Assembly (NCBI GenBank): GCA_965655095.1 | Contig: OZ296655.1 | Coordinates: 39,990,001-40,054,000, forward strand | Source of the DNA: Haplodiscus bocki | Lineage: Eukaryota | Direction of reading: 5' to 3' | DNA: 64,000 bases | In this document: positions 1-13,600 of the stretch, one piece after another | Layout: every line of letters starts with the position of its first letter | Numbering within the stretch: the stretch's first letter is position 1 | Program-made: the position numbers and the translations under genes | Notes under the pieces: generated by a model | Seen by the model: the letters and a program-made list of their open reading frames with translations, nothing else | Databases searched by the model: none | Told to the model about the DNA's origin: nothing

Positions 1-319
1 TGCCATTCTTTGGAGAAGTGCTTTAACGATTAATAATTGATTGTCTTTTACTATAGAGTCAAATCGGAGGTTTACAGTATTAATATTTGAAATAATCAAG
101 GATGAAAATGAAGGAAAATGAAAACTGGTTAAATATCGTCAGTAATATCAATCAAAAACAAATATTCGCTCGCTCTGGAGAAGGTTCAAAATAGTTCTTA
201 AGAGTTTCGAAGAAGTTCTGAAATGCTCTTAAAATATTATGAAAGTCCACTTGAATGGCTCTCAAAAGTTCTGCAAAGTTTTGTTGGAATCCCAAAAACG
301 TTCTCAAAAAGTTCTGACG

Positions 320-1000
320 TTGTACTTTCGTTTCTCCCATTTAAACTTTCTCCTGGCGGGAAACATAATTGTTTGCACGCCAAGTCAAAGTACAAATAGG
401 GAAAAGTACTGTCGAAAAGTATAGCGTCAAAGGTAAGATTGCCTACTCTGGCGGGAAAAAAGCAACCTTTCCATCCATCTCTTCCCTCATAGGACGCGCC
501 TTTTCCATCTTTCGACAGAAAATGGACGGTCCTAATCCGTCAGAGATGGACATCAAAGTGTTTATTCCCGCGCCGACACCTTTGTTTACAGTTTTACCAA
601 ATTATTCCGTAACTGGAAAAAGGAAAGAAATTCCTTAATTATAAAAAATTGATTAAAAAAAATATGGAAATGCATGACTTCAAGTAATATAAAGAATCAT
701 CACCCTTACTTCACTTCATCAGTAATCACAGCTCATTAGTTCCTACTCTTCGGAAATGAGGAGAAACTAGTAGCACTACTAGTTTACTCCCCATTCGTAC
801 GAGTAGTACTAGTGGATTCCGGAAAGATTACGGAATCGTTCCGTATTCATTTGTAGTGGTCGTATTCTTTGCTCAAATGAGGAGTGATTCCGGAATAATT
901 CCGAAATCGCTACAGCGCGGCAGCGTAGTAATAGTAGTGACGTCACCAGACTAGTAGCGACGGAACACGTACGGAACAAATATTCACTCCTAGAGTCAAT
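320..1000. repeat. Old dispersed repeat, left copy of an inverted pair (partner ~4930-5610)
   Basis: Colinear with the reverse complement of ~4930-5610. Examples: 'cacgccaagtca', 'cagaaaatg...taatcc..cag/gga..gacatc', and 'gtacggaacaaatattcactcctagag' vs 'ctctaggagtgaacatttgttccgtac'. Confidence 0.75.
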
Positions 1001-4000
1001 ACACTTGAAATCATTCAATCTACGTACAGCATCAATTTAATTCTAATTTGAAATTAAATTGCACTTCTAGTAATCAATCATTGTTCGATTTCATTGCAAA
1101 AAAGGTGGATTTATATTTAATAATTAAATAATTATGTTAATATAAATATAGCACCTATTCTATTAATAATACCCTGTGAATACTCGTTTGTTCCGTAGTA
1201 ATTCCGTCCTAGCCCGGATCAGTTTGGTTCCGTATAAACACGTAGCCATATTTATGTGCGTTGTTAGGGATACGTATATATACGTATCCGTATATATGCA
1301 CAACAGTTAAATTACATAGAAAAGTGATAGTTAAAGTCTAATAAATGTTTTGAGTTTCTTCTAAGCATTGGGTGGCTTTTCTTGTGGTAAGGGTTGGCCG
1401 CATGCCTCGCATGTGTGCTGCGACACATTACCTGCGGCACTCAGATAAATTCCCATTGAAAACTCATGTGTAAAATAGACCTGAGCCCCCAAGTAATATT
1501 GGATGGAAACTCCGGTAAAAATTTCCTGACTATCATTGTAACTTTACTTGAGTTTTTTTGTGGTGATCTCTGGGGATCTTCCGGTAATTCGGATAATTTC
1601 AGCCATCCTCAGTTGGTTTCTTTTTACCTGAGTACCTCAAGTAAAATTAACTGAGTTTTCAAATTAATTACTAGCGGCAAAAAATTCAGTGCTTCTACCT
1701 GCAGCTGGTTAAATGTTCAATGTTCATTGCTTGGTTGAAATTTTTTTTTTGGAAAATTGATGCAGACAGATTTTGTTAGGTTGGAAGCAGAAACATGAGT
1801 ATATGTTGTCAATTCTTTGGAATTTAGATCTTCAGTCTTGCAACAAGAAGGCGATTAATTCAAGAGTTAAACCCCAAGGAAATTGCCAAAAGTTAAATTC
1901 TTGTTGAATTTCCGATTTTTTTGTCGTGTATGACATGCGGCGGAGCAGAAAAATAAAGAAAAACAGATACCCCCAAAAATGACCGAAAGATATTTTTTTA
2001 ACTTGGTAAAGTTGTATTTGCCATTTCACTAGTATTTTGGCAAGCTCAATCATGTTCATTCTTATCAAGCACTTGACGCTACTAGCTGCTACTATGTTCT
2101 TCGCCTGCTTTTCTCTCCCAAAACAATGAGGTCATATCACATAATGTGACATCATATGCGTATCGAAATTATAATAACTAACGACTCTGAAGACATATGA
2201 TCAGTCACGTGACATGACGCCACGTTCGTGGCCAACTCTGTGCTAGGTCAACTGGGGAACGAATGGACAAGTTATAGTATGTATGCCTTTCATTTTTTGC
2301 TCAGTCAGATAATTCTCAAATCAATTCGGAGCAAATGTCAGAAAGCACGCCGTTTCACTCAAGTCAATTCCTCCCAACAACGTTTCAGTAAGTACCCAAT
2401 GAAGTGTTGTGAGCAGTAATTGTTAGTTCGGAAGTGTTCTCATTTTCTGTCCGAGCTTCAATTTTTTTTGCTTAAATTTCTTTTATTATCCTACTTTAGC
2501 TTTAACTTTCGAAGTAACCAAGTAAATCAGAAGCCAATCGTACTTAAATCTTATGAACTGAAACTCAACAATGTTTAACGCAGATTTTTTTGTTTAACTT
2601 TCAATCTTGTTCAATCTATAACATTGGCAACCTTGCCACTCTTCTCAATCTCAATTTGAGATTGAAGTTTTTTTCTCCGGTAAGGCTCCGTCAAGTGCGT
2701 ACGAATGAAATCCTGGAAATTTGCGAACATAGGAAGGATCAAACCAGTCGTAGGTATCGCGATGGCGAACTTGACATTCCACCACATAAGAGGAGTCTTT
2801 GTATAAAGCAGACAACCCCAGCGTATTATTAGTGTAGAAAATGTGTGGCCAATTGCGCACCAAAAGAACCTTTAGCCGGCCTGTATTTAGTTGACAACAC
2901 AGCTTGAATATTAAACTAAGACAATTTAAAAACTTTGGATCAATTTCTGTTTGATTTTCTCATTAATTTTTTTTACACAGACGCTTTGGTTTTATTCTAC
3001 TGTTTTTCCTTGTTCGCTCTTGAATTTGGCCTAAAATGGTACTAACATACTTATCTTTTATATCGATACAACCATAACTTGTACTTCATCAGTTTTTATA
3101 GTGCAAACTTCTTCTCTTCAGTTAACAGAAACCGAAGGTAAAGACTTTTTTTCGAACTCACGCCTGAGGCGACCTTTGTTGAAGTGTAGGAAGGAAACAA
3201 TCGCAACTTTTAAGGAAGGAGACTTTTTTTGAAAACTCAAAATAGTAATTTAGCTTGGACTAGAGTGTCTTTTGAGACTTCTACCACTACTCCCAAAAAC
3301 CCACCTTAGCAACATTTCACATTAGTTTCAATTTTTTTTTGTTTCCTTGGTTTTAACACTATTTTGAAGGTTTTCCACGATTAATTTTAGTATGCTTCAA
3401 ACATCAACATGAACAGAGCACTGTTTGGTAACGGAATTAAAAACAGCCAACTGATGGTTGACCATGGAAAGGTGTTAATTGTAAAACAAGCTGGGAAGGC
3501 TCAAGCCGACGCTGCCCGTAAGGCTCACATTTTTGAGGGTGGTATCGCAAAAATTTTTACTTCTGGAATTTTGTGAGTTGCTGATGTGTGGTAGCATGAA
3601 ACAAGTTTGCAACCAAATACAAAAAAAATACAAAGGGGTATCAGAAATATTTTATTTTTGTCAGTTCAATTTTTTTGTTAAGTGCAAAGGAAGGATATCA
3701 CAAACTTTTTGGATTTTTCCTTTGTCAAAAGTTTTGAACTTGGCAATGGCCACAAAATATCATGAAAAATGCTTTACACGGTAAAGATGTCTCGATAGTT
3801 CTAATATATACCCTCTTTCCAGCATTTTAACCTGTGATTAGGTGCCTTTTGAACTTTTTGCAGGAACTAAAAAGATGGATCTGTTAGGAGTGAGCTCTAT
3901 GAAAAAGAATTTACTGTTATTGTCTGGCACTTTTTCTTCTAATGAGCGCCAACAAAAACGATGGTGACGAGAAAAATAACTTTTTCTTTTAGTAGTTTTT

Positions 4001-4929
4001 TGCGAACAAAGTGCGCACTGTGAAACTTTTAAACCCTAAATTTAATTATTGCAATGCTTCAACTTGGTGGTACATCACATTGCATCTAAACTGTGTGAGG
4101 ATGCCGGTACGCCGGAGCTCCACTGCCGCTCTGTTCATGCTCGGATGTGGAAATTAGAAAATAGTTTTATATCCAATATATCCATTCATTTTTCAAATCG
4201 AACATGTCATCAAAAACTTTCAATTTTGAGCAATTGGGATGCGACAAAGAACGGCGGACTTTGAAAACGGGACAACCCCGGCCTTTTCGGAAACAACACG
4301 AAAGTGTTCATTTTGAAAACGTCGATTGGTTACAACAAAGATCACCGGTTTTGTCGGTCTTTGCAGAAATGAAAATTGTTCAAGATGAAAGCGTCTTGGA
4401 ATAATTATCGACAATTAGCAGGTAAATTACTAATGTACTAATGACATACCAATATAATCTAAATATCATTGCAAATTTGAATGAATTTTGATGCATTTTT
4501 ATTCATGAAAAAAAGTTCCCAAAAAATAGCGGCAGGAGTTTTTGTGTTACTGTCGCAGAACATCTGCGAAGCCTGCGGTTAGAGAATTCTACAAGAAAGA
4601 ACATTCCCAGGAGACCTCAAAGGAATCAATGACTGCATACTTAGAACAAAAGACGCTTTTTTCATAATTTCCTCAACCCTCATGTAAGTGATCCGTGAAG
4701 ATAAGGATCACCATACTGAGCTAATCAAGACTAAGACGGAACCCTTACGAAAAAAAAACAGATTTTCAAAGGGTATTTCAACCTACATTGCGCTGTTTTT
4801 TATTAATTTATTTACAAGTGGTATGAATCCGCCTTAAATCTCTGATTGATTGATGTGCTGTATTACTGATAATAAAAAGAAATAAAGTAATTAATTGAGT
4901 TAAAAAACAGCGTCACTGCAAAATAGCAA

Positions 4930-5610
4930 GAAGGCTCTAGGAGTGAACATTTGTTCCGTACACGTTGTGTCGCCACTGGTTTGTTGACGTCATAATAATT
5001 CCAACCAATCAAGCTTGTGACCATGTTGTGCTGAATACGGAGTTAATCCGGATCTACTCCTCTTCACCGCTCAATTTAACTAACTGACATGCTGCCACCA
5101 GTGAAAACGGAAACCTTCGGGAACGCATCATTAGGTACTCGTTTAAATGAGGAGTAAACTGCTATTGCTACAAGTTTTTCCTCATGCTGAAGACACGAAT
5201 AAAATAAACCCTTATATTTGTACTGTGCATGGAAAACTCATGACTATTTGTTAATCCTATTCTTGCCCCTATTCTAATGCTTGACTTGTAAACATTTACA
5301 ACCTCCGACTTCGGATTTTTTAATAGTCGCTTTATCTTATGGAACAATATGTCGACGCGGGAATTGACATTTCGATGTCTTTTTCCGATGGATTAATTCC
5401 GCTCATTTTCTGTTGAAAAAAGGAAAAGACGCTGCCTCTGAGGAAAAAATTTGATGGGAAAGTGTTCATATCTCGTCCGATTTGGCATTTTATTTACTTT
5501 GTACTATTAATGTGAAATTACTCTCCCCTGTTTTGTACCGTGACTTGGCGTGTAAGCAAATATGTTTACCTCCAAGGAAAGGGTAAAAGAAGGAGAAATG
5601 AGAGTACTCA
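4930..5610. repeat. Old dispersed repeat, right copy of an inverted pair (partner ~320-1000)
   Basis: Reverse complement aligns by eye to 320-1000 with many substitutions; stop codons interrupt the frame equivalent to ORF 369..638. Confidence 0.75.
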
Positions 5611-7399
5611 ATTATGATTCTGTTGTAGAGATGTTAATACCCAGTCCTGTAATTTTGCGGATCTGACAGTTTTTAACCAGTTATTCATTTTCTGCCTAGT
5701 TATAATTTACAATGAAACTCAAATCAATCTGGAGCACTTTTAATGATTTATCCTTTCACAAATGGCAATATCAAGAAAAAAAGCGAAAGAAAGCAGTTAA
5801 CAGGGACAGCGGAGATGAAAATCTTAGTAACAATTTGTCACGGGACATAAATTTTCCTAGAGTAAGTAAGGACCACCTTACATGAGTCTCAGAAGAAGTT
5901 GAAGGGAGAGTGACTAGGCAGTTGTTTCAGTAGTTCAAATGGACAGAGAGTCGTAATCTGGGTGGCTGTCGAAACTGCACGGTTTTTTGTTGAACTCACA
6001 ATTTCGGGTTCAATCCGGAACCGCTCCAGTCATTTCTCTGAATTACAACAGGGAGAACCAGGAGCACAACGAATAGCGTTCCCAGAATGATCTTCATTCT
6101 GAACTGGGTGCTTCGGTCAACAGGTCCCCCCACTTTGTGATTTTAGACCCTGACCAAGTCACCACAGATGCCCCATTCTAATCAATCCAAGATAGTCATT
6201 TTTTTCCGTATCGAACTCGTCTGAAAATTTTTCCAAATCACCAAACAGAATTTTTTGAAAAATGCTCATGGTATTACCAACCCCACCTTACAAAACGACA
6301 TGTTTCTCGAAAATGAGAGAACCAAAAAAATCAAAAATCTTTTTCTGGGTATTTTTTGACTCATGTATCGAGGTAAAAAGATAAAAATTAATGGACCAAA
6401 CGGTACACCCTACACTTTTTCCGTAAGGACTGAAGCTTTCAACTTGTTCCTGTATTGAAAAACTGAAAAATGCATTCCCAACATTTGAAAATATTGCATT
6501 TTCTAGTGGTGTTTCATTTTCTAATAGTATGTTGGTAAAATAATTGTTAATTTTTAAGCCAAGACGCTTTTGCCAATGAAACAATTTCGACGTTTTTTTA
6601 TAAAGTAATAAAACCACGCTCAGTACTCAAGTTCGAAACGATTTTGTCTGGTTTTTGCAATCAGCTGATTTGTCCGGTTTAAAAATGACAGTTTCGTCCT
6701 GCCCCCTTTCGCAAGATGTTTTCCGGGTCGAGAGTTCAGCTGAGGTTCTTCTACAATAGGGACCCATAGGTTGACGAAAAGATTCTCGTATAATGTGGCC
6801 AAAATTAGCGGCTGATACAGGCGTTTAGTGCCAAACTTCAGTCGATAAGATTTTTCTATTGATTTTCTTGAAGTTTATCCATGACGGACAGCACCTTTTT
6901 GGACCTGGGCCCAGCCAGCAGCCATTGGGCCTTCCAGCGGATAATTATCAAAAGAGAAGTTCAACTGCTAAGAGCTTGATAATTTCAATCTGCGATTAAG
7001 ATGATTATTTAGCTAAATTAGTTCACGACAATAATTTTCCAATCAATCTTTTGGTCTTTTGGTGTTTTTGGCCACATACCGCCGATCAATTTTTAAAAAT
7101 TTTGCACCAAAAACGACACATTCGCGGATCCTAGAGCTACAGTGGCAGTATGAACTGAGTAATGGCCGATTTTATCCAAAAAATACCAACAATTCACACA
7201 AATTTAGTGTTGTGTAAGCCTTTCAGTCCTCTCGGGGTCTATTCTGGTCTCGGAGATTAATTTTTTTTCAAAATGTGGATATTCTTAAATGCCATGTAAG
7301 TTTTAATCATCGTTAGCAGTTAAGTATTTAGCCCGGTATATCTACACCGTGATCATCTGTTAAAAAGGAAAATTAATAGAGCGGTGAACGAACCTACAC

Positions 7400-8200
7400 A
7401 GACGGAGGGGTGACTCTCAGATACCGCAGCTCCTATCAGTGCGACTATCGGAGAACTCTTGAAAGTATATCAGTTTGAATAATTAACACAAATCGAAGTA
7501 ACGTATTAGATAGAAGATGCTGTGTTCTCGCAACTAGCAAAACGGCATTATTTGTGAAAAACTTTTGCAAGAACAACTTTCAGTATAGGTTTGTGCAAAA
7601 AATTTTTATGATCGAAACTTTGAAAATTTTTTCTGGTCTTGGCCTTGACTCAGAAAAACCTATTTGCGCTTTTTCCCTTGATCTTTCCAAGCTGTATGTG
7701 AATTAAAGTCAATTCTGGATTTAAAACTTCAAAGTCCGTGGAAGCTGCAGATTTTTGTAGGTACTTTCTTCAGTTGTTCTTGCGTTCATACGATGGTCAG
7801 ATGCAACGTCATTGTTTACTAATGAAAATCGTGGAGTAATCAAAGCAGTTTGTTCTTTGAAAACCTAAACAAAAGATAGAAGAAAGCTGTTGCGTTCTTA
7901 CAATGAACTGTTCAGTAGCTCTCGATTATCAACTCTAACAGGCAGGAATGATCAAAAACACTGTTAATTGAAAAGATTTTGCAATAAGTGCAATAAAAAA
8001 ATATATATATTTTCCAGTCTCGGAAAATAATATATATTGGCTTTTTAGGAAAATAATGTTTCAAGTCATCAATCTGAAGCGAGTTCCGCGCACCTCAAAC
8101 GTTGTTGAGCGTTTGTTCAGTCGTACAAAGAATAATGCACCAAGATATTGGCGAAAAATTCTCTAATGCATCTCGAATTACCAACTACCTTTTTGATACC
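7400..8200 (+). pseudogene. Decayed hAT-type transposase C-terminal fragment
   Basis: ~8080-8130 translates RVPRTSNVVERLFSRTK, matching the hAT C-terminal P-x-(T/S)-S-x-x-x-E-R-x-F-S motif; surrounding frame is broken by stops. Confidence 0.45.
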
Positions 8201-10096
8201 CTTTTTGAGGGTGGGGGGACTTGCGTAAATATAACGAAGTGTTTGAGTGTGGAAAATATTTCATCGGATCAGCTAAAATGATTTTCTTTATTTTCAGTCA
8301 GTACAAATGAACTATTTTTACTTCCGGAGAATAGAGCAATAACTAGTGTTTTTGAACATCCGTTCTCCTGAGAAGTCATAAAAGGAGCTGATGAGTTACA
8401 ACCATGTTTTTTTTATTCGGTGAACAAAATTCATTTTGAAATAATTTTCTTCCAAGAATTTCTCTTCCACTATATGTCTTTTCTCTTCTGTTTGTCTCAG
8501 AACTATTTTTGTTTCAGTTTCTAGTGGAGAAAAGCCAAGCGCTACTGTTCCAAGAGACTTAGAAAACATAAACATAATCGCCAAAAATCCTTCAGGGAAT
8601 TGTATATTAACTCACGTTGTTCAAAAGGGTTCGTGAATTAATTTCTAGTCTGTAATTTGAAATTGAAACTTGTTGAACACTTTTGGCTGATCGAAATTCG
8701 AACGTTGGTTAGTCACGCAAAATTAACATTTGAAATTTTCAAAATATTCTTCTATCATTATTTTTTGCTCGTCATTGCATTCACCAGTTGGGCAAATTGA
8801 CTGCAGACTCCCCAGTGACGAACTCCATTTACTCTAGCTATGCCTCTTAATATTTTTATTAGAATGTTGGTATCAAACATGCTTTACCAGTACCTGCCAA
8901 TTTTTGGTTTTTGATCAAATATGAATCAAACTTGCAGTTTTTTGGAAGAAATATGATTACTGGCAGTTTGGTATAATTTTGTTAAACGTGGAGTTTCACA
9001 ATTTTTGAAGGAAAAATCTTACTTGGTCATAGAGTTGTTTTGTTCCGAACAAAATATTTGAGCGGGGATCAAAAATGAAGATGCACTAATGGAAATTTTT
9101 TTGGTGAGTAATGGTTTATTCGATCAATTGATCAGTTACCGTTAGTTTCGTATGACAATAAGAAAGCTTCCTAACTGTCTAATTTTGTTGAAGGTGGGTG
9201 CTTTTTTGTGTTCATCTAGTAGGTTAATCGCATTTTATTAAAAAGTCAACTAACAAGCTAATCAATTTTCCTAAGTTTAAATTGATCTGTACACAAACTC
9301 ATGACTAGTTTTTGAAAAGCAACTGCTTGTCGATCTGAAAAAAAGTCGAGAACTGTTGTAGGAAATTCAAACAAGGCCCCAATCAAACTGCAGGACCAAA
9401 TAGACCGAAGTTTCTATCGAAATTAATCAAAAGCGCTTTGCTTCGATGGAAATTAATGCTGGACAAAACAAAGTATCTCCATTTTGTTTCAACTGGCAGC
9501 AATCTGGCTTCTGTCTGATTTGGTTAAAAAATCTCGAGAATGCAAATTGAAACAGTAAATGCTAAGACCGCAATCAATGAAGCCAAAATTTTCAATCTGA
9601 AGACTTCCGGTAAAAAATAAACCTGAAAATGGAATGATAGAGTTTGTGTAAAGGTTTCTATCGGCACCAGAAGATCATTTGGCTTCACTGGACCACCATT
9701 GGCTCAGAAATTGACGTTCTTGACTGGCATTCAAAAACACTCAATTGAAGAAATTGATAATTATTTGATAAGTGCTACATCTTTTACTTAAATACTTATT
9801 AAGTGCAAATGACTTCCTGTTCAGATAAAGAAAAATTTTAAAAATATTTGCACGTTGAGAACCTTTTCTTTGGCAAAATCTGATGTGGTATTGTCGTAAC
9901 AAACTTAAATGCTGTCTGCGAGCAGTTTGGAAAACAATTTACGCTGCACAGGTTCCGCCCCTCGATTTTCCGATAATGGTTTCTGTATTAAACTTTCCAC
10001 TTTAGTAAAAAAGGAAGAATCAAATTCGGTGCGCTGAGGGAAGGAAAAAAGAACAGGCCTACAGGTTGAACAAAAAAATTGGAAAAAAACTTTAAT

Positions 10097-10118
10097 TATA
10101 TATATATATATATATATA
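10097..10118. repeat. (TA)n microsatellite next to the assembly gap
   Basis: Direct reading. Confidence 0.9.
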
Positions 10119-10132
10119 ACAAACAAATTATA

Positions 10133-10332
10133 NNNNNNNNNNNNNNNNNNNNNNNNNNNNNNNNNNNNNNNNNNNNNNNNNNNNNNNNNNNNNNNNNNNN
10201 NNNNNNNNNNNNNNNNNNNNNNNNNNNNNNNNNNNNNNNNNNNNNNNNNNNNNNNNNNNNNNNNNNNNNNNNNNNNNNNNNNNNNNNNNNNNNNNNNNNN
10301 NNNNNNNNNNNNNNNNNNNNNNNNNNNNNNNN
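10133..10332. other. Assembly/scaffolding gap, 200 N
   Basis: Run of N. Contiguity across it is not guaranteed. Confidence 0.99.
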
Positions 10333-10659
10333 TAATTACAAAAACGTGTTTTTTTTCGTTATTAAATTGCCTTGCCTGCGGGATTAATATTTATAGTGTC
10401 GATTGGAAAGAGTTACAACCCAAATTTCGTATTAAGAAATGATTCTATCAAAATTTTTTCCTGTACTGAATAGATGATGACGATGAACCTAAATGTAAGG
10501 CCTGACATTTAACCTACAGTATAAACATAATCGACGAAAAGTTTGACTTGAAAAAAACTATAGTTTAGTCCGGGAAAAAATGCTTAAAAAAATATGAGAC
10601 CTCGCTAATGACTCTTCCTAGATAAATACCAATGATTTCGTCACCAAAGCTGAACTGAA

Positions 10660-13600
10660 GAGCGATGACTGTAGGACCGCTGTATGAAGTGTTAGAAAAA
10701 CACCAAAAGCAAATTAATTCTACAATGATAGACAATAATCATTATAATTTTTTTCTTTGTAGATTTTATGTGAAAAACACAATAGGTAAACACACCATAT
10801 GCATTAGTCCTATGCAGAAATGTAAACGCTCAACCAAAACAAGAACCAAAGTTAAAAAGAGACAGATAATGTTTTTCCAGCCATAAAACAAGTATAAAAA
10901 AATTCGCTCCTGATCATGAAAATGCAGGTGTTTTGGTAGGAAAGGCAAAAGAAAATTATTAAAAATTCGTCAAACATTGACTACATTACTTATTTCGACT
11001 GCTGGATTTTGTGAGTTACTGTGAACATCTATACAAAGAAAAATTGATGAGAAACAATTAGAATAGGTGCAAATAAGTGGTCTTTTGTAGTAATTTGACT
11101 TTCTGTAAGCATTTCATAGTGAGGAATCTATGCAATAAACAATGAAGTGGGGATAAATCTAGGAAATCTTAGATTGTCCTGGGCAACCGTAGACATCTAC
11201 AAAATGAGCCATTCATGCCATTTTTAATATAGCACTTATATTTGAACTTCAACCTTCTTTAACTCACATTTGGATGCTATAAACTTGAAAACTGATGAGC
11301 TTTGATGAGAAAACTAAGCTTTTAATGGCCTTTTACAATGTTTTGATAAACTATAGGTCTAAAAATAGTAAAAGATTAGTGCAATTTACAACAATTGGGC
11401 ATATATGATTACAGTCTTTGGTTTTTGTTATACAATGGACATCTACAAAGTGGAAAAGTGTCTTGATTTTTAGTATACGTCTAATTTTCAAGGAATACAT
11501 TTCGTTTAGCCACAAATTTTCCGAGGTTCAGTTTCTTCTGGAAAACTGTAGAAATCTGTAAAGTGAAAATTTTGTGCACTAGAACAAAAACAAGCACATG
11601 TATTTGGAGAGCAAGCTTTGTTGACAGACTGGTACTATCTATTTGCTGATAAATTGATGCATTACACATAGAACTTTCATACGTTTTTGGACGCTTCAAC
11701 TGTTTTTGGTTACAAAAAACGTCTGTATAAAAATAGATGCAATTTAGTTAGTATAGGCAGAAGTAAATGAACCTTTAGGCGTAAAATTGGCATCTACATA
11801 GCAAAAAATTGCTGCAGTATTGCACTTTGAAGAAAAATAGGCATATGTAACAAGACAGTTGTTTCGTTTTGACTCAAAGTCGATATCTTTAGGGAAAATC
11901 ATTGAGGCAATAAACAGAGAATAGGCCTTTTCATTTGGATTCCTGTTTCGTTTTGGCATTTTGTATTTATGTGCATAGAGAAAAAATGTTGCTTTTGTAT
12001 AAAATGGATTTTTATTCGAGCTCTTTGAACAATTGGGCCACTGTAGTGATCCAAAAGTGAAAAATGATGCAATATCCTTAGTATGGTCACAATTATTTGA
12101 ATGCTCGGTTTCTCTTGAAACCCTGTGGACATCTACACAGTGACAGATTGATGCATTTTATGAAAAAACTCACATAAGTGATTTCTACGATTGTTCTTGC
12201 ATGCTGTTTCCTCCTTTTTTCGAAAGACTTGTTCATTCTTCATTTAAAAAGCCTAATTATTGAGTCACTGAGATTTTTTTGGGGTACTGTTGGCATCTGT
12301 AGAAAGAATAATTGATGCACCATAGAACAAATAGTTGGGCGACGATGGTTTCTGACTTCGATTTGGAAAACTGAAAGCATCTGTCAGCTAAAAACTTGAT
12401 ACATTATACTTTTGGGCCCAAAGCCCAAAGAGTGGTTTAGGATACCATAGACATACTTAAAAAAATTCTGGTACAATACAAAAGTAAATGCAAACAAACA
12501 TGAACACTGAAGTTGTTTTGAGTTTTTGTGGCAATCCCTTTAGACAAAATGCATTTCACATAAAATAGGGATACATATTTGGACATTCAGACTGCTTTGG
12601 GCTGCAATAGGCATCAACTCACTCAGTGAATGATGCAAAAAACTCACAAAGGTTACAAAACTTTGGACTCTTTGACAAATTCGAGCTGCTGCGGACATCT
12701 TTTGAGTGAAAATTTGATGAGAAACAGTTAGTAGAGGCAAAACAATTGGAACTTTTCTTTTTCTTTGGAATACCATAGGCATCTAAATATCTAATAATTG
12801 AAGCAGTATTCAAAAAGTGAAACACAAAAGTTTGCAATGTGGGAATGTTTTGATTTTCTTGTAGACTTCTGTATAGTTACAGACTGATGCAAAAACTTTC
12901 TTCGAGTGCACATCTTTGGTCCTTTAGATTAGTTTGGCTGACAATGGGCATCTATATAAAGATAGATTCATGCATTTCTCAATAAAAAACTAAACCTAGT
13001 AGGATTCTTGCATTGACTCGAGCAAATTCAAACATCAAAAAAGTGAAAGATTGATGAAAAAAACTTAGCATACGTTTACCTACTTGGAGTTTTTTTGACT
13101 TAATATAGGCCTTTTCATAGGCAATACCTTTTGGGTCCTAAGAACTTTTTAGCTTACTGTAGGCCTCTATAATGAAGAAAGTGGATAAATTTTGATAGAA
13201 TAAGCAAACTCAATTGAAAAATGAATTTTTCGGGCGAGTTGTTCGCATATAGACAAAGAACGATTGACGCATTAGAACAAAATCGTCAACTATTTTAGGA
13301 CTCTGCCTTCGCTTCTTCATACTGTAGGCATCTGTATGTTAAATCTGTGATGCGTTGTACATAGAAGGGCATGAAATTTTCATTCTGTCCCGTAAGTTTT
13401 TTTTAGCTGCTGTACACAAGTTTAAACGGAAATACTGGTAAAAGATCTCATTTAAGGTACACGTCTTTGTACTCTAAGATAAATATCGGTTACAGTACAC
13501 ATCTAAGTAGTGAAATGTTGATGGAAAACACTTGGTGAGTGCCAAAGTTTTTAGTGATTTAGCCTAGTTTTGTTTGGTGTAGCCATCTATCCGTTGAAAC

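Noticed and set aside
1457-1662. MITE bounded by TTGAAAACTCA / TGAGTTTTCAA
   Set aside because: Only an 11-bp inverted match in AT-rich DNA with no convincing TSD.
10079-10387. 102-aa ORF
   Set aside because: Artefact spanning a TA microsatellite and the N gap.
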